Assembly (NCBI GenBank): GCA_963747225.1
Contig: CAVVES010000020.1
Span: 34,967-98,966, forward strand
Length of the DNA stretch: 64,000 bases
Origin: an uncultured beta proteobacterium
GTDB taxonomy: Bacteria; Pseudomonadota; Gammaproteobacteria; Burkholderiales; JAEUMW01
Direction: 5' to 3'
The translations under genes were made by a program, and so were the position numbers. Below are positions 1 to 9,058 of the stretch, one piece after another (the stretch's first letter is position 1; the number at the start of each line of letters is the position of its first letter). The notes beneath the pieces are model-generated. The model was not told where the DNA came from and made no database searches. It worked only from the letters and a program-made list of their open reading frames with translations.

Positions 1-51
1 CCTGCGGTCCGACCGGCGGTTTGATCAGCCGCAAGCCTACCGGGATGCGGT

Positions 52-933
52 TCATCCGACTTCGATGCCAGCCTGCCGCATCGCCTGAAGGACCGTGGAA
101 TGCGCTCCCGCTGACAAGGACACGAGTGGGAGTCGAATCCCGTCCCGAATCATCCCCATGCGATGGAGCGCCCATTTTGCGGGGATCGGGTTGGCCTCGA
201 CGAACAGGTTCCGGTGCAACCCGAACAGGCGCTGGTTGATTCCGCGCGCTTCTTCGAGCCGCCCCGCGAGCGCCGCGGCACACATGTCGTGCATCGCGCG
301 TGGCGCCACATTCGCGGTTACCGAGATCACTCCGTGTCCCCCCATCAACAGGAATGGGAGCGCCGTAGGGTCGTCACCCGTGTACAAGGCAAACTCCGCC
401 GGCGCCCGGGCGATCAGATCGGTTCCCCGCGCAAGATCGCCGGTTGCGTCTTTGATTCCCACGATTCCCGGTACTTGGGACAAGCGTATCGCGGTATCGT
501 TCGACATGTCGCAGACGGTTCGCCCCGGCACGTTGTAAAGGATCACGGGCAGGTCCACCGCCTCGGCGATGGCCTTGAAATGCCGATACAACCCTTCCTG
601 GGTGGGCTTGTTGTAGTACGGGACAACCGAAAGACTCATTGCCGCGCCTGCATCCTTCGCACAGGTGCTGAGCTCGATTGCCTCGGTCGTCGAATTCGCG
701 CCGGTCCCGGCAATGATCGGAATGCGGCCATTGGCATGCGTAACCGCTTCGCGGATCAGGAGGCAGTGCTCGTCATAGTCAACCGTGGCCGACTCGCCGG
801 TCGTCCCGACCACCACGAGGCCGTTCGATTTCTCCCGCACATGCCAGTCGATCAGCTTGCGGAAAGCATCGAGATCGAGGCTGCCGTCCTCGTGCATCGG
901 GGTGACGATCGCCACCAGACTGCCAGTCAGCAT
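52..933 (-). CDS. dapA: 4-hydroxy-tetrahydrodipicolinate synthase
   Basis: 293-aa track [16 protein letters not shown]...[14 protein letters not shown]...YNVPGRT and the length are typical of DapA. Confidence 0.93.
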   Translation of the reverse strand: MLTGSLVAIVTPMHEDGSLDLDAFRKLIDWHVREKSNGLVVVGTTGESATVDYDEHCLLIREAVTHANGRIPIIAGTGANSTTEAIELSTCAKDAGAAMSLSVVPYYNKPTQEGLYRHFKAIAEAVDLPVILYNVPGRTVCDMSNDTAIRLSQVPGIVGIKDATGDLARGTDLIARAPAEFALYTGDDPTALPFLLMGGHGVISVTANVAPRAMHDMCAAALAGRLEEARGINQRLFGLHRNLFVEANPIPAKWALHRMGMIRDGIRLPLVSLSAGAHSTVLQAMRQAGIEVG

Positions 934-1024
934 GGGAATCCGTTCTGTGCGAAAACGAAAAACCGCGATTTTACCCGAAGCCTCACGCCCTGACTAAGGG
1001 CGTTCCCGCAAGCCCTTGCCAGCC

Positions 1025-1582
1025 TCAAGGCGTGCCGGGATGGGCTGGCTCGACGGCGCAGATCCGCTGGACCATGGCGGGTTTGGGATCATCAACGTAG
1101 CGATCCTCGAAGGCGATGACCCGGAGGCGGCCACGCACGAGATCCAGAAGCTCTCCCGGCTGCAGCAGGAAGTCCCGATTCGAAGGCCTGCCGAACCTTT
1201 CGTTGCCCGCCGCAAAGGTCTCGTAGAGCAGCACGCCGCTCGCATCGAGAACGTCGAGAATGGCTGGGAACAGCGGTCGCCAGAGGTAGTTGGTCACGAT
1301 TACCGCAGCGAAACGCCGCCCCGCAAAGGGCCATGGTCCGCTTTCGAGATCAGCGATCCGAGGCGTGACGCCGGACACGTCCGCCAGTTGGGCAATCGCC
1401 TCCGCGTCCCGATCCACCGCCTCGACCTGGAAGCCCAGGCGGGCCAGATGACGACTGTGACGACCGAAACCGCAGGCAAGGTCCAGAACCGTCCCTCCGA
1501 CCCGAATCAGAGGGGCGTGGCGCACGACCCACGGCGAGGGCGCGTCGATGCGATGGTCGGCGGAAGCGGACATGAGAGGCAA
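1025..1582 (-). CDS. class I SAM-dependent methyltransferase
   Basis: 185-aa ORF with SAM motif I VLDLACGFGRHS followed by the acidic loop EAVDRD. Confidence 0.75.
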   Translation of the reverse strand: MPLMSASADHRIDAPSPWVVRHAPLIRVGGTVLDLACGFGRHSRHLARLGFQVEAVDRDAEAIAQLADVSGVTPRIADLESGPWPFAGRRFAAVIVTNYLWRPLFPAILDVLDASGVLLYETFAAGNERFGRPSNRDFLLQPGELLDLVRGRLRVIAFEDRYVDDPKPAMVQRICAVEPAHPGTP

Positions 1583-1680
1583 AAGCTTAGCATCGAGCCA
1601 TCGCCCTGAGACACAGGAACGTGGCTACGCCTTTCGGCTACAATCCGCTCTCCTCCGATCGCCCGATTGATTCCCACCGA

Positions 1681-3042
1681 ATGAATCTCCACCGCCTGCT
1701 CGAGCGACGCGAAGACACGGGTGAACCGGTGCGCGTAGCGCTGATCGGCGCCGGCAAGTTCGGCGCGATGTTCCTGTCGCAGGTGCCCCGCACACCCGGG
1801 CTGCGCGTCGCCGGCATCGCCGATCTCTCCCCGGCGCGAGCGCAGGCGACCCTGGACCGGGTCGGCTGGTCCGCAGCTGCGAGCAGGCCGACTTCGATGG
1901 CCGAGGCAGTGCGGAAGGGCGTGCCTTTCGTTACGGACGACGCCCTTGCGCTCATTGCTTCGGACGATATCGATGTCGTGATCGACGCGACCGGCTCGCC
2001 GGCCGCGGGCATCCGCCACGTGCTCGCTTGCTGCGAGCACCGCAAGGACGTCGTGATGGTGAATGTGGAGGCGGACGCGCTCGCGGGTCCCCTGCTCGCA
2101 AGCCGCGCCACCGAGGCAGGCATCGTCTATTCGCTGGCGTATGGCGACCAGCCCGCACTCATTTGCGAATTGGTGGACTGGGCACGCGCAGCCGGTTTCG
2201 CGGTGACCGCGGCCGGTAAGGGCACGAAATATCTTCCCGCCTATCACGCGTCGACGCCGGACACCGTGTGGGGCCACTATGGCTTCACGCCCGAGATGGT
2301 GGCCCAGGACGACTTCAACGCGCAGATGTTCAACTCCTTCCTGGACGGTACCAAGTCGGCCCTCGAGATGGCTGCGGTGGCCAACGCAACCGGCCTTACC
2401 CCTGCGCCCGGAGGACTCTCGTTTCCTCCCTGCGGGGTGGACGATCTGCCGCGGGTACTCCGTCCCGCTTCCGCGGGCGGGCAGCTTCACCATGCGGGTC
2501 AGGTCGAGGTGGTTTCGAGCGTCGAGCGCGACGGTCGCCCCGTGTTCCGCGATCTGCGATGGGGCGTGTACGTCACGTTTTCCGCCGACAGCGAATATGT
2601 GCGCCGGTGCTTCAAGGAGTATGGTCTCGTCACCGACGACGGCGGCAACTACTCCGCCATGTACAAGCCCTATCACCTGATCGGGCTCGAGCTCGGCATC
2701 AGCGTCGCCTCGGTCGCGCTGCGACGCGAACCTACCGGATGCGCGACAGGCTTCCGCGGCGACGTGGTCGCCACCGCGAAGCGGGACCTGGCCGGGGGCG
2801 AGATGCTGGACGGGGAAGGCGGCTACACGGTTTACGGCAGACTGACGCCGGCGCGCGAATCGCTCGCCCTCGGCGCGCTGCCCCTGGGTCTTGCCAGCGG
2901 TGCGAAGCTGAAGCACTCCATTGCCGCCGGTGAGCCGGTCCTGTGGAGCGACGTGAACGTCGTCGACAGCGATGTCGTCCGCTTTCGCCGCGAGATGGAA
3001 ACAAGCTTCGTCGGCGAGCTGGGATTGCCGCCCGCTGCTTAG
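1681..3042 (+). CDS. NAD(P)-binding oxidoreductase, homoserine-dehydrogenase-like with SAF-type C-terminus (COG4091-like)
   Basis: Track ORF 1621..3042. The Rossmann motif VALIGAGKFGAMF lies shortly after the Met at 1681, which is my preferred start. The family call is from memory. Confidence 0.65.
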   Translation: MNLHRLLERREDTGEPVRVALIGAGKFGAMFLSQVPRTPGLRVAGIADLSPARAQATLDRVGWSAAASRPTSMAEAVRKGVPFVTDDALALIASDDIDVVIDATGSPAAGIRHVLACCEHRKDVVMVNVEADALAGPLLASRATEAGIVYSLAYGDQPALICELVDWARAAGFAVTAAGKGTKYLPAYHASTPDTVWGHYGFTPEMVAQDDFNAQMFNSFLDGTKSALEMAAVANATGLTPAPGGLSFPPCGVDDLPRVLRPASAGGQLHHAGQVEVVSSVERDGRPVFRDLRWGVYVTFSADSEYVRRCFKEYGLVTDDGGNYSAMYKPYHLIGLELGISVASVALRREPTGCATGFRGDVVATAKRDLAGGEMLDGEGGYTVYGRLTPARESLALGALPLGLASGAKLKHSIAAGEPVLWSDVNVVDSDVVRFRREMETSFVGELGLPPAA

Positions 3043-3097
3043 GATCACGATCGGTTGATTGCCAGCGATGCCGCTCCCATTAACCCAAGAGGAAACC

Positions 3098-3649
3098 ATG
3101 ACGGAGAAGATTCTGTTCAAGGCCGGCGAGGCCACGGTATTCGCGAAAGAAGGCCAATTCACGGACGCCATGCCGGAGATTCTGATCGGCGACGTGAGCG
3201 GTCCGGTCGGGCAGGCGTTCGCCAACATGATGGCGCAGAGTGCCGGTCACACGTGCATGTTCGCCGTGCGCGCGTGCAATTACATGGTGCGTCCACCGAC
3301 CATGCTGGCGACCAAGGTGACCATCAAGGACTCGGCCTACGTCAATCTGATGGGCAGCGTGGTGCAGTCGGCGACGGCGGACGCGATCGTCGATTGCGTG
3401 AGCGAGGGCATCATTCCGCGGGATCAGGTAAACCAGCTCTGCATAATTTCGCTGATCTGGATCGATCCGCGCGCGCCGAAGGACCCGAATCTGGATACCG
3501 AAGACATGTACCGCACCAACTACGAGGCGACCAAGCTCGCGATCCGGCGCGCGCTCAATGATGAGCCGGACATCGACGAGCTCATCAGGACGCGCAAGAC
3601 CGTGAAGCACGACATGTTCGATCAGGACACCGGCAAGTGGCTGCTCTAG
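3098..3649 (+). CDS. formaldehyde-activating enzyme (Fae) family protein, divergent
   Basis: Track ORF 3059..3649. The start is refined to the ATG at 3098, preceded by AAGAGGAAACC. It aligns end to end with Fae as I remember it (..SEGIIP.., ..NYEATKLAIRRALNDEP..). Confidence 0.75.
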   Translation: MTEKILFKAGEATVFAKEGQFTDAMPEILIGDVSGPVGQAFANMMAQSAGHTCMFAVRACNYMVRPPTMLATKVTIKDSAYVNLMGSVVQSATADAIVDCVSEGIIPRDQVNQLCIISLIWIDPRAPKDPNLDTEDMYRTNYEATKLAIRRALNDEPDIDELIRTRKTVKHDMFDQDTGKWLL

Positions 3650-3674
3650 CAGTCGCGCCGGGAGGAGAAGACCG

Positions 3675-4157
3675 ATGGCGCTGAATGCATATCTGAAGAT
3701 CAAGGGCGAGGCGCAGGGCGACATCAAGGGCTCTGCCACGGCGAAGGGTCGCGAGGGACGCATCGTGGTGATCGCCTGCTCCCACGACATCCTGACGCCC
3801 CACGACGCGGCGAGCGGCGAGGCCACCGGCAAGCGACAGCATCACCCGCTGCTCATCACCAAGGAACTCGACAAGAGCTCCGTTCCGTTGCGCCTTGCGC
3901 TGGTGGCAAACGAGACCCTGACGCTCTGGGATATGCAGTTCTGGCGCGCGATGACCCGCGGCAGCGAGAAGCAGCATTTCACCGTCCGCCTCGTAAATGC
4001 ACGGGTCGCGAGCATCCATTTCGAGCTTCCGAATACGCGCAGCCCGGATACGTCGAAGCTTCCCGAGCTGGAGCAGGTCGCATTCACCTACGAGAAGATC
4101 GAATGGATCTGGACCGACGGACTGGTCGCAGAGGACGAGTGGAACGCCGGGACATAG
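3675..4157 (+). CDS. hcp: Hcp/TssD family protein (type VI secretion tube fold), orphan
   Basis: 160-aa ORF with SD GGAGGAG upstream. MALNAYLKIKGEAQGDIKGS, GKRQHHPLLITKELDKSSVPL and FTYEKIEWIW match the Hcp family layout. Confidence 0.82.
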   Translation: MALNAYLKIKGEAQGDIKGSATAKGREGRIVVIACSHDILTPHDAASGEATGKRQHHPLLITKELDKSSVPLRLALVANETLTLWDMQFWRAMTRGSEKQHFTVRLVNARVASIHFELPNTRSPDTSKLPELEQVAFTYEKIEWIWTDGLVAEDEWNAGT

Positions 4158-4161
4158 AGTC

Positions 4162-4177
4162 GACCGCCGCGGCGGTC
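4162..4177 (+). terminator. GC-rich perfect palindrome just after hcp; possible terminator hairpin
   Basis: GACCGCCGCGGCGGTC lies 5 nt after the hcp stop and is followed by TGTCTCT. The T-tract is weak. Confidence 0.35.
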
Positions 4178-4234
4178 TGTCTCTATGGATAGAGCGCGCG
4201 TGCACTGCGCGCCTCGACGAGCCTGCCTGCCGTT

Positions 4235-5077
4235 TTGCCTCAATCACGAATCTTGACCGCGGTTCTCGCCCTCATCGCGCTCCTCGCGGCCGCGTTCTTC
4301 GGGCTGCGCTGGTACGAGCAGAAGGCGGTGTATTACCCGACGCGGGATATCGTCCGCACACCACAGGACGCCGGACTGCGATTCGAGGAAGTCACCCTCG
4401 ACACCTCCGACGGCGAAGTGATTCACGGCTGGTGGGTACCATCCGGGCGAGCCGATGCACCGGTGATCCTTTTCTTTCACGGCAACGGCGGGAATGTCTC
4501 CCATCGTATCGAGAAGCTCGCGGTATTCCACGCGATCGGCGCGGACACGCTCGCTATCGACTATCGTGGCTATGGCAAGAGCTCCGGAACGCCGAGTGAG
4601 GACGGCATCTATCGTGACGCCCTGGCTGCATACCGCTGGCTCACCGCGACGCGGTCGGTTGCACCGGAACGCATCGTCGTCTATGGCGAATCCCTCGGCG
4701 CCGCAGTGACTGTGCATCTTGCATCCGAAGTGCCGACTGGAGGAGTGATCGTGGAAAGCGGCTTCACGTCGGTGCTCGACATTGCGCGCAAGCGGCTCCC
4801 CTTTCTGCCGGTGCGCTGGATTCTCAAACACAAGTTCAATTCGATCGACAAGGTCCATCGGATCGACGCGCCTCTTCTCATTCTCCACAGCCGCGAGGAC
4901 GAGCTGTTCGAAATGTCGCATCCCGAGCGCCTGCTCGCCGCGGCGCAGTCGCCAAAGCAGCTCGTCGAATTGCAGGGCGGCCACAACGACGCGTTCCTGG
5001 TGAGCGCGGACGTTTATCGCGAGGCGCTCGCGAAATTCCTCGCGGAAATCCGCACAGCAGCACGGCCTGTGAAATAA
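4235..5077 (+). CDS. alpha/beta hydrolase with N-terminal membrane anchor
   Basis: 280-aa ORF with an N-terminal TM helix (ILTAVLALIALLAAAFFGL), HGNGGN, and the nucleophile elbow GESLGAA. Confidence 0.8.
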   Translation: MPQSRILTAVLALIALLAAAFFGLRWYEQKAVYYPTRDIVRTPQDAGLRFEEVTLDTSDGEVIHGWWVPSGRADAPVILFFHGNGGNVSHRIEKLAVFHAIGADTLAIDYRGYGKSSGTPSEDGIYRDALAAYRWLTATRSVAPERIVVYGESLGAAVTVHLASEVPTGGVIVESGFTSVLDIARKRLPFLPVRWILKHKFNSIDKVHRIDAPLLILHSREDELFEMSHPERLLAAAQSPKQLVELQGGHNDAFLVSADVYREALAKFLAEIRTAARPVK

Positions 5078-5089
5078 AAGGAGTTTTCC

Positions 5090-5410
5090 ATGATCATCAC
5101 CACTACCCCGACCATCGAAGGCCGGCTCATCAACGACTATCTCGGGATCGTCTCGGGCGAAGCGATCGTCGGCGCGAACGTCGTTCGTGATCTTTTCGCG
5201 CGCGTGCGCGACATCGTCGGCGGTCGCGCGGGCTCGTACGAGCACACGCTGGCGAACGCCCGCAAGATCGCCATCGAAGAGATGACCGAGACGGCGCGCA
5301 AGCTCGGTGCGACCGCTGTCGTCGGCGTGGACCTCGACTACGAGGTGCTCGGAGCGGACAACGGAATGCTGATGGTCACCGCATGCGGAACCGCGGTGGT
5401 GCTGGGTTAG
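5090..5410 (+). CDS. ybjQ: YbjQ/UPF0145 family protein
   Basis: 106-aa [34 protein letters not shown]...[18 protein letters not shown] is characteristic of YbjQ. Confidence 0.85.
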   Translation: MIITTTPTIEGRLINDYLGIVSGEAIVGANVVRDLFARVRDIVGGRAGSYEHTLANARKIAIEEMTETARKLGATAVVGVDLDYEVLGADNGMLMVTACGTAVVLG

Positions 5411-5428
5411 GGCGGCAGTCAGCGATGC

Positions 5429-5606
5429 TCAGAGCAAGCTCGCGCCTCCGCAGTTCGCGAAGCCACTAGTGGTAAGCCAGTCACGGCTGCATCCCAGCAC
5501 TGGGCGATACCACACCGCCGCCCAGATGCTGCGAACCGCGGAAGCCGCCGGTGGCGGCGCTTCCATCGGCGATCTTGCGGTCCAGCTCGGCCATGATCTC
5601 GACCGG
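5429..5606 (-). pseudogene. fragment of a pilin-like gene (C-terminal ~55 codons, frameshifted)
   Basis: The minus-strand translation ..EIPVEIMAELDRKIADGSAATGGFRGS.. then (after a frame shift) ..CSRDWLTTSGFANCGGASLL* parallels the C-terminus of the intact gene at 5873..6532 (LPVEMLAEMDRKIDDGNAATGRFRGS...WLIDNAYSNCGGANFL*). No N-terminal part is present. Confidence 0.55.
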
Positions 5607-5872
5607 AATCTCTCTTCCGGTGGGCGCCTTCGAGCAACCCCGTGCTACTGGACCGTGACGGAGAACTCGGGCCAGGCCATGCGAACCGGACTGTCGCGGC
5701 TGACGCTGCGGGTCGGACGAGAGCGTCCGGTGCGCGGTGTGTGTCAAGTCGGATTGGCCGGCGTTTGCGGTGCAGCGCCGGTCGCGGGGCTTCGGCTTGG
5801 TCAACCAGATATCGACAAAGCGGAAGGTCTGCTGAAGCGACAGACTCGCCGGTAGCGAATGCCGGGCTGAAA

Positions 5873-6532
5873 TCAGAGGAAGTTCGCGCCGCCGCAGTTG
5901 GAATATGCGTTGTCGATCAGCCAGCGCCCCGAGCCGTTCCAGCAGATAGTCACTCCACCGGCTCCATAGGCAGGAGAGCCGCGAAACCGGCCGGTGGCTG
6001 CATTCCCGTCGTCGATCTTCCGGTCCATCTCGGCGAGCATCTCGACCGGGAGCTGGTTGCCGGTCTTGATGCTGTGACGGCTGGTGGGTCCAAGGAGGTC
6101 TGCGTACAAGTCGTCGGCGACGATGTCGAGGTAGGCGCCGTAGGCATTGCTCGGACTGGTCAGCTCCGAATGCGAGGTCGCTCCGGCGGCATTGAACCCG
6201 CTGTTGAGAAAACCGGCATGGGACAGGTGATCCCAGACCAGGAGGTTCTCCGGGGGAGTGCCGGACATTTCGATGCGACCGTTCCCGTTGCCGCTCCCGC
6301 CGGCGTTCGGAATGTTCTGCGCGGCGTTGGCATAGTCGCCCGGCAGCGCCCGATAGCGGTCCTGAAAGCCGTAGAACGCGGCTTTCGCGCCCTCCTGCAG
6401 CGCGATCAGGTTGTGGACGCGCGCGCTCGCGATCAGCTCCTGTCCCCGCATCGCCGCCCCGAGCAACAGCCCGAGGATGACGAGGACGATGGCGCTCTCG
6501 ATGAGGGTCAAGCCGTGCTGTGCGTTGCGCAT
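5873..6532 (-). CDS. prepilin-type N-terminal cleavage/methylation domain protein (type IV pilin-like)
   Basis: 219-aa ORF with the class III signal MRNAQHG/LTLIESAIVLVILGLLLG and a C-terminal Cys pair. Confidence 0.8.
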   Translation of the reverse strand: MRNAQHGLTLIESAIVLVILGLLLGAAMRGQELIASARVHNLIALQEGAKAAFYGFQDRYRALPGDYANAAQNIPNAGGSGNGNGRIEMSGTPPENLLVWDHLSHAGFLNSGFNAAGATSHSELTSPSNAYGAYLDIVADDLYADLLGPTSRHSIKTGNQLPVEMLAEMDRKIDDGNAATGRFRGSPAYGAGGVTICWNGSGRWLIDNAYSNCGGANFL

Positions 6533-6797
6533 CCGATACTCCGCCGGCAGCGCCCCGTGGAAGCACCAGGGGCACTCCGGAAACCTGCAAGCACGAGGTT
6601 CTCCTGCAATATATTGAACCCGATTCCCTGCGCCAATCAGGGGCCAGAATCAGGCCGGCGGTCGTTCTAGGGGCACCGGCGGAAGACCGCGGCGGGGCCG
6701 GGGAGTTCTCCGGCGACCTCGACACTCGATGAGTTTTCCGGTTGACGCGTGAGAAGAACGAATGTACAAGTCCGTCGAACAACGCTTCGGAGTCTTC

Positions 6798-7511
6798 ATG
6801 GACCGCCGCAAGTTCGTACGGATCTGCGCCGGTTCCGTGGCATTCAGCGCGCTTCAGCGCAACGTGCTGGCGGCCGCGGACGATCAGGTGCGTCGCTACC
6901 AGCGGGTGCTTCTCACGGACCGGGAGGCACGGCCGCTGAAGGCGAAACTCCTCCTCACCGACCGGAATTACCTCTTTCACTACCCCTACGTGGGCACCCC
7001 CTGCTTCCTGCTCAATCTGGGCAAGCCGATCGAGCGGGACGTGGCGCTCAAGGCGGACGACGGCCGCGATTACCACTGGCACGGCGGCGTCGGTCCGAAG
7101 CGGGCGATCGTGAGCTACTCGGCGATCTGCGCCCACAAGCTCGCGTATCCCACCCGGCAACTCTCTTTCATCAGCTACCGGGGCGGCAACATTCCCGGGG
7201 AGAGCCGCGCCACTCCGAACATGATCCATTGCTGTGCCGAGCACAGCGAGTACGATCCCGCCGCCGGCGCGAAGGTGGTTGGAGGTCCGGCGAAGCAACC
7301 GCTCGCGACCATCCTGCTCGACTACGACGCCTCCCGGGACGAACTGTATGCAACAGGCACGCTCGGTGGCGAGCTGTTCGACGAGTTCTTCGCGAAGTAC
7401 GACTTCAAACTGTCGATGGAGCATGGCGCCAACCATGCGAAGCAGCCAGTCAGCGGCACCGCCGTAGTGACGGAACTAACGCAGTTCTGCCAGCAGGAAA
7501 TCCGCTGCTGA
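6798..7511 (+). CDS. Tat-exported Rieske [2Fe-2S] domain protein
   Basis: Track ORF 6762..7511. Twin-arginine motif MDRRKFVRICAGSVAF (Met at 6798). Rieske ligand boxes are CAH (SAICAHKL) and CAEH (IHCCAEHSEYD). Confidence 0.72.
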   Translation: MDRRKFVRICAGSVAFSALQRNVLAAADDQVRRYQRVLLTDREARPLKAKLLLTDRNYLFHYPYVGTPCFLLNLGKPIERDVALKADDGRDYHWHGGVGPKRAIVSYSAICAHKLAYPTRQLSFISYRGGNIPGESRATPNMIHCCAEHSEYDPAAGAKVVGGPAKQPLATILLDYDASRDELYATGTLGGELFDEFFAKYDFKLSMEHGANHAKQPVSGTAVVTELTQFCQQEIRC

Positions 7512-7527
7512 GCGAGAGAGCGCAAAC

Positions 7528-8994
7528 CTAGATCACCCTGGAGTAACGGGCGCGATTCCGGTCCGCCCGCAGATACCGGTCGAACACCATGCAGAGAGTG
7601 CGCAGGAGCAATCGCCCCCGGCGCGTGACCACGATCCATCGGTTTTCGATGCGTACGAGCCCCTCGTCCTGATAGCGCCGCAGATCTTCAAGCTCCTGCC
7701 GGAAATACCGATCGAAGTCGAGGAGGTAAGCAATCTCGATCGCCTCCTTCGAAAGCTCGAAGTGGCACATCAGCGCCTGGATTATCGCGCGGCGCGCGAG
7801 GTCGTCGGCGGACAGCTCGATCCCGCGCATGACAGGCAGCGTTCCCCGCTCGAGGGCGTCGTAGTAATCGTCGAGAGTACGCTGATTCTGGCTGTAAGCA
7901 GGCCCGATCATGCCGATGGCGGAAACTCCGAGCGCCACGAGGTCGCACTCCGCGTGGGTCGAATAACCCTGGAAATTGCGGTGCAGGCGGCCCTGCTTCT
8001 GGGCCGTGCTCAGAGCATCGGTCAGCTTTGCGAAGTGGTCCATGCCGATGTAGGCGTAGCCGGCATCTGTCAGGCGGGCGATGGCGAGGCCGAGAATCTG
8101 CAGCTTCGCTTCCGGGGGCGGCAGGTCCTCCTCGCGGATGCGGCGCTGGGGCTTGAAGACCGCGGGCAGGTGCGCGTAGTTGTAGATCGCGATCCGGTCC
8201 GGGCTCGCTTCGATCACGCTATCGAGGGTTCGGTCGAAACTCATGACCGTCTGCTTCGGCAGTCCGTAGATGAGGTCCATGCTCACCGACCGGAAGCCCT
8301 CGCGCCGTGCCGCCGCGACGATCCGCAACGTTTCCTCTTCGCTCTGGATGCGGTTGACCGCCTTCTGGACGTGGGGGTCGAAGTCCTGCACGCCGAGGCT
8401 CAGCCGATTGAAGCCGAGCTCGCGCAGGAGCGCGATGGTATCCTCGCCGAGCCGCCGCGGGTCGACTTCGATGGAGAACTCGCCGTTGGGAGCGAGATCG
8501 AAGTGGCACCGCAGCTGGTTCATCAACTCGCACATCTGTCCGTGGGACAGGTAGGTCGGCGTACCACCGCCCCAATGCAGCTGCTCGACCCGCGGCTCAT
8601 CGCGGAACAGCTCTCCCTGCAAACGGATCTCGCGCTCGAGATAATTCAGGTAGGTGGCAGCCTTCGCGGCCTTTCGGGTGACGATCTTGTTGCACGCGCA
8701 GTAGAAGCAAACCGTGTTACAGAAAGGAATGTGAACGTAGAGGGAGAGCGGACGGCTCACCGGCCCGAGATTTCGCTTGCCGGCCCAAGTGCGGTAGGCA
8801 TCAGCGCCAAACGCCTCGACGAAGCGGTCCGCGGTCGGATACGATGTGTACCGGGGCCCGTTGCGATCGAGCCGGCGGATCAGATCGAGATCGACTTCGA
8901 GCGCTTCCGATGCGCCAGCGGCGGTTTCTGCGGGCGGTGTCATCTGCGGGAGACTGGCTGGAACGTGATCCATCATGCCAGCATGACGGCGCAA
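7528..8994 (-). CDS. hemN: oxygen-independent coproporphyrinogen III oxidase (radical SAM)
   Basis: Contains GPRYTSYPTADRF and the radical-SAM box HIPFCNTVCFYCACN. The true start is probably the Met at 8943, given the FNR box at 9000. Confidence 0.93.
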   Translation of the reverse strand: MRRHAGMMDHVPASLPQMTPPAETAAGASEALEVDLDLIRRLDRNGPRYTSYPTADRFVEAFGADAYRTWAGKRNLGPVSRPLSLYVHIPFCNTVCFYCACNKIVTRKAAKAATYLNYLEREIRLQGELFRDEPRVEQLHWGGGTPTYLSHGQMCELMNQLRCHFDLAPNGEFSIEVDPRRLGEDTIALLRELGFNRLSLGVQDFDPHVQKAVNRIQSEEETLRIVAAARREGFRSVSMDLIYGLPKQTVMSFDRTLDSVIEASPDRIAIYNYAHLPAVFKPQRRIREEDLPPPEAKLQILGLAIARLTDAGYAYIGMDHFAKLTDALSTAQKQGRLHRNFQGYSTHAECDLVALGVSAIGMIGPAYSQNQRTLDDYYDALERGTLPVMRGIELSADDLARRAIIQALMCHFELSKEAIEIAYLLDFDRYFRQELEDLRRYQDEGLVRIENRWIVVTRRGRLLLRTLCMVFDRYLRADRNRARYSRVI

Positions 8995-8999
8995 CGCTT

Positions 9000-9013
9000 T
9001 TGATCTGCGTCAA
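9000..9013. promoter_or_regulatory. FNR/Anr-type box in the hemN-fnr divergent intergenic region
   Basis: TTGATCTGCGTCAA versus the consensus TTGAT-N4-ATCAA (1 mismatch). It lies ~63 nt upstream of the hemN Met at 8943 and ~52 nt upstream of the fnr ATG. Confidence 0.65.
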
Positions 9014-9058
9014 CTGACGCGATGCACCCGCACGGAATGGGCAGAGACAGCACGCGAC

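Noticed and set aside
3675-4157. A type VI secretion locus.
   Set aside because: Only hcp is present. No tssA-M, vgrG, PAAR or clpV gene occurs anywhere in the window, so this is an orphan hcp and not a T6SS cluster.
6533-6761. A sigma-54 promoter for the pilin-like gene.
   Set aside because: Only a weak GG-N10-GC match is present (AGGAGAACCTCGTGCTT on the minus strand). It is far from TGGCAC-N5-TTGCA.
5481-7436. Long shadow ORFs: 5481..7436 (651 aa), 59281..62163 (960 aa), 1507..3228 (573 aa), 37065..38591 (508 aa), 21619..23019 (466 aa), 55449..56858 (469 aa), and many ORFs of 100-400 aa opposite known genes.
   Set aside because: They lie antisense to, or out of frame with, genes that have clear family signatures. 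Their low-complexity R/G/P/A-rich composition is typical of stop-poor frames in high-GC DNA.
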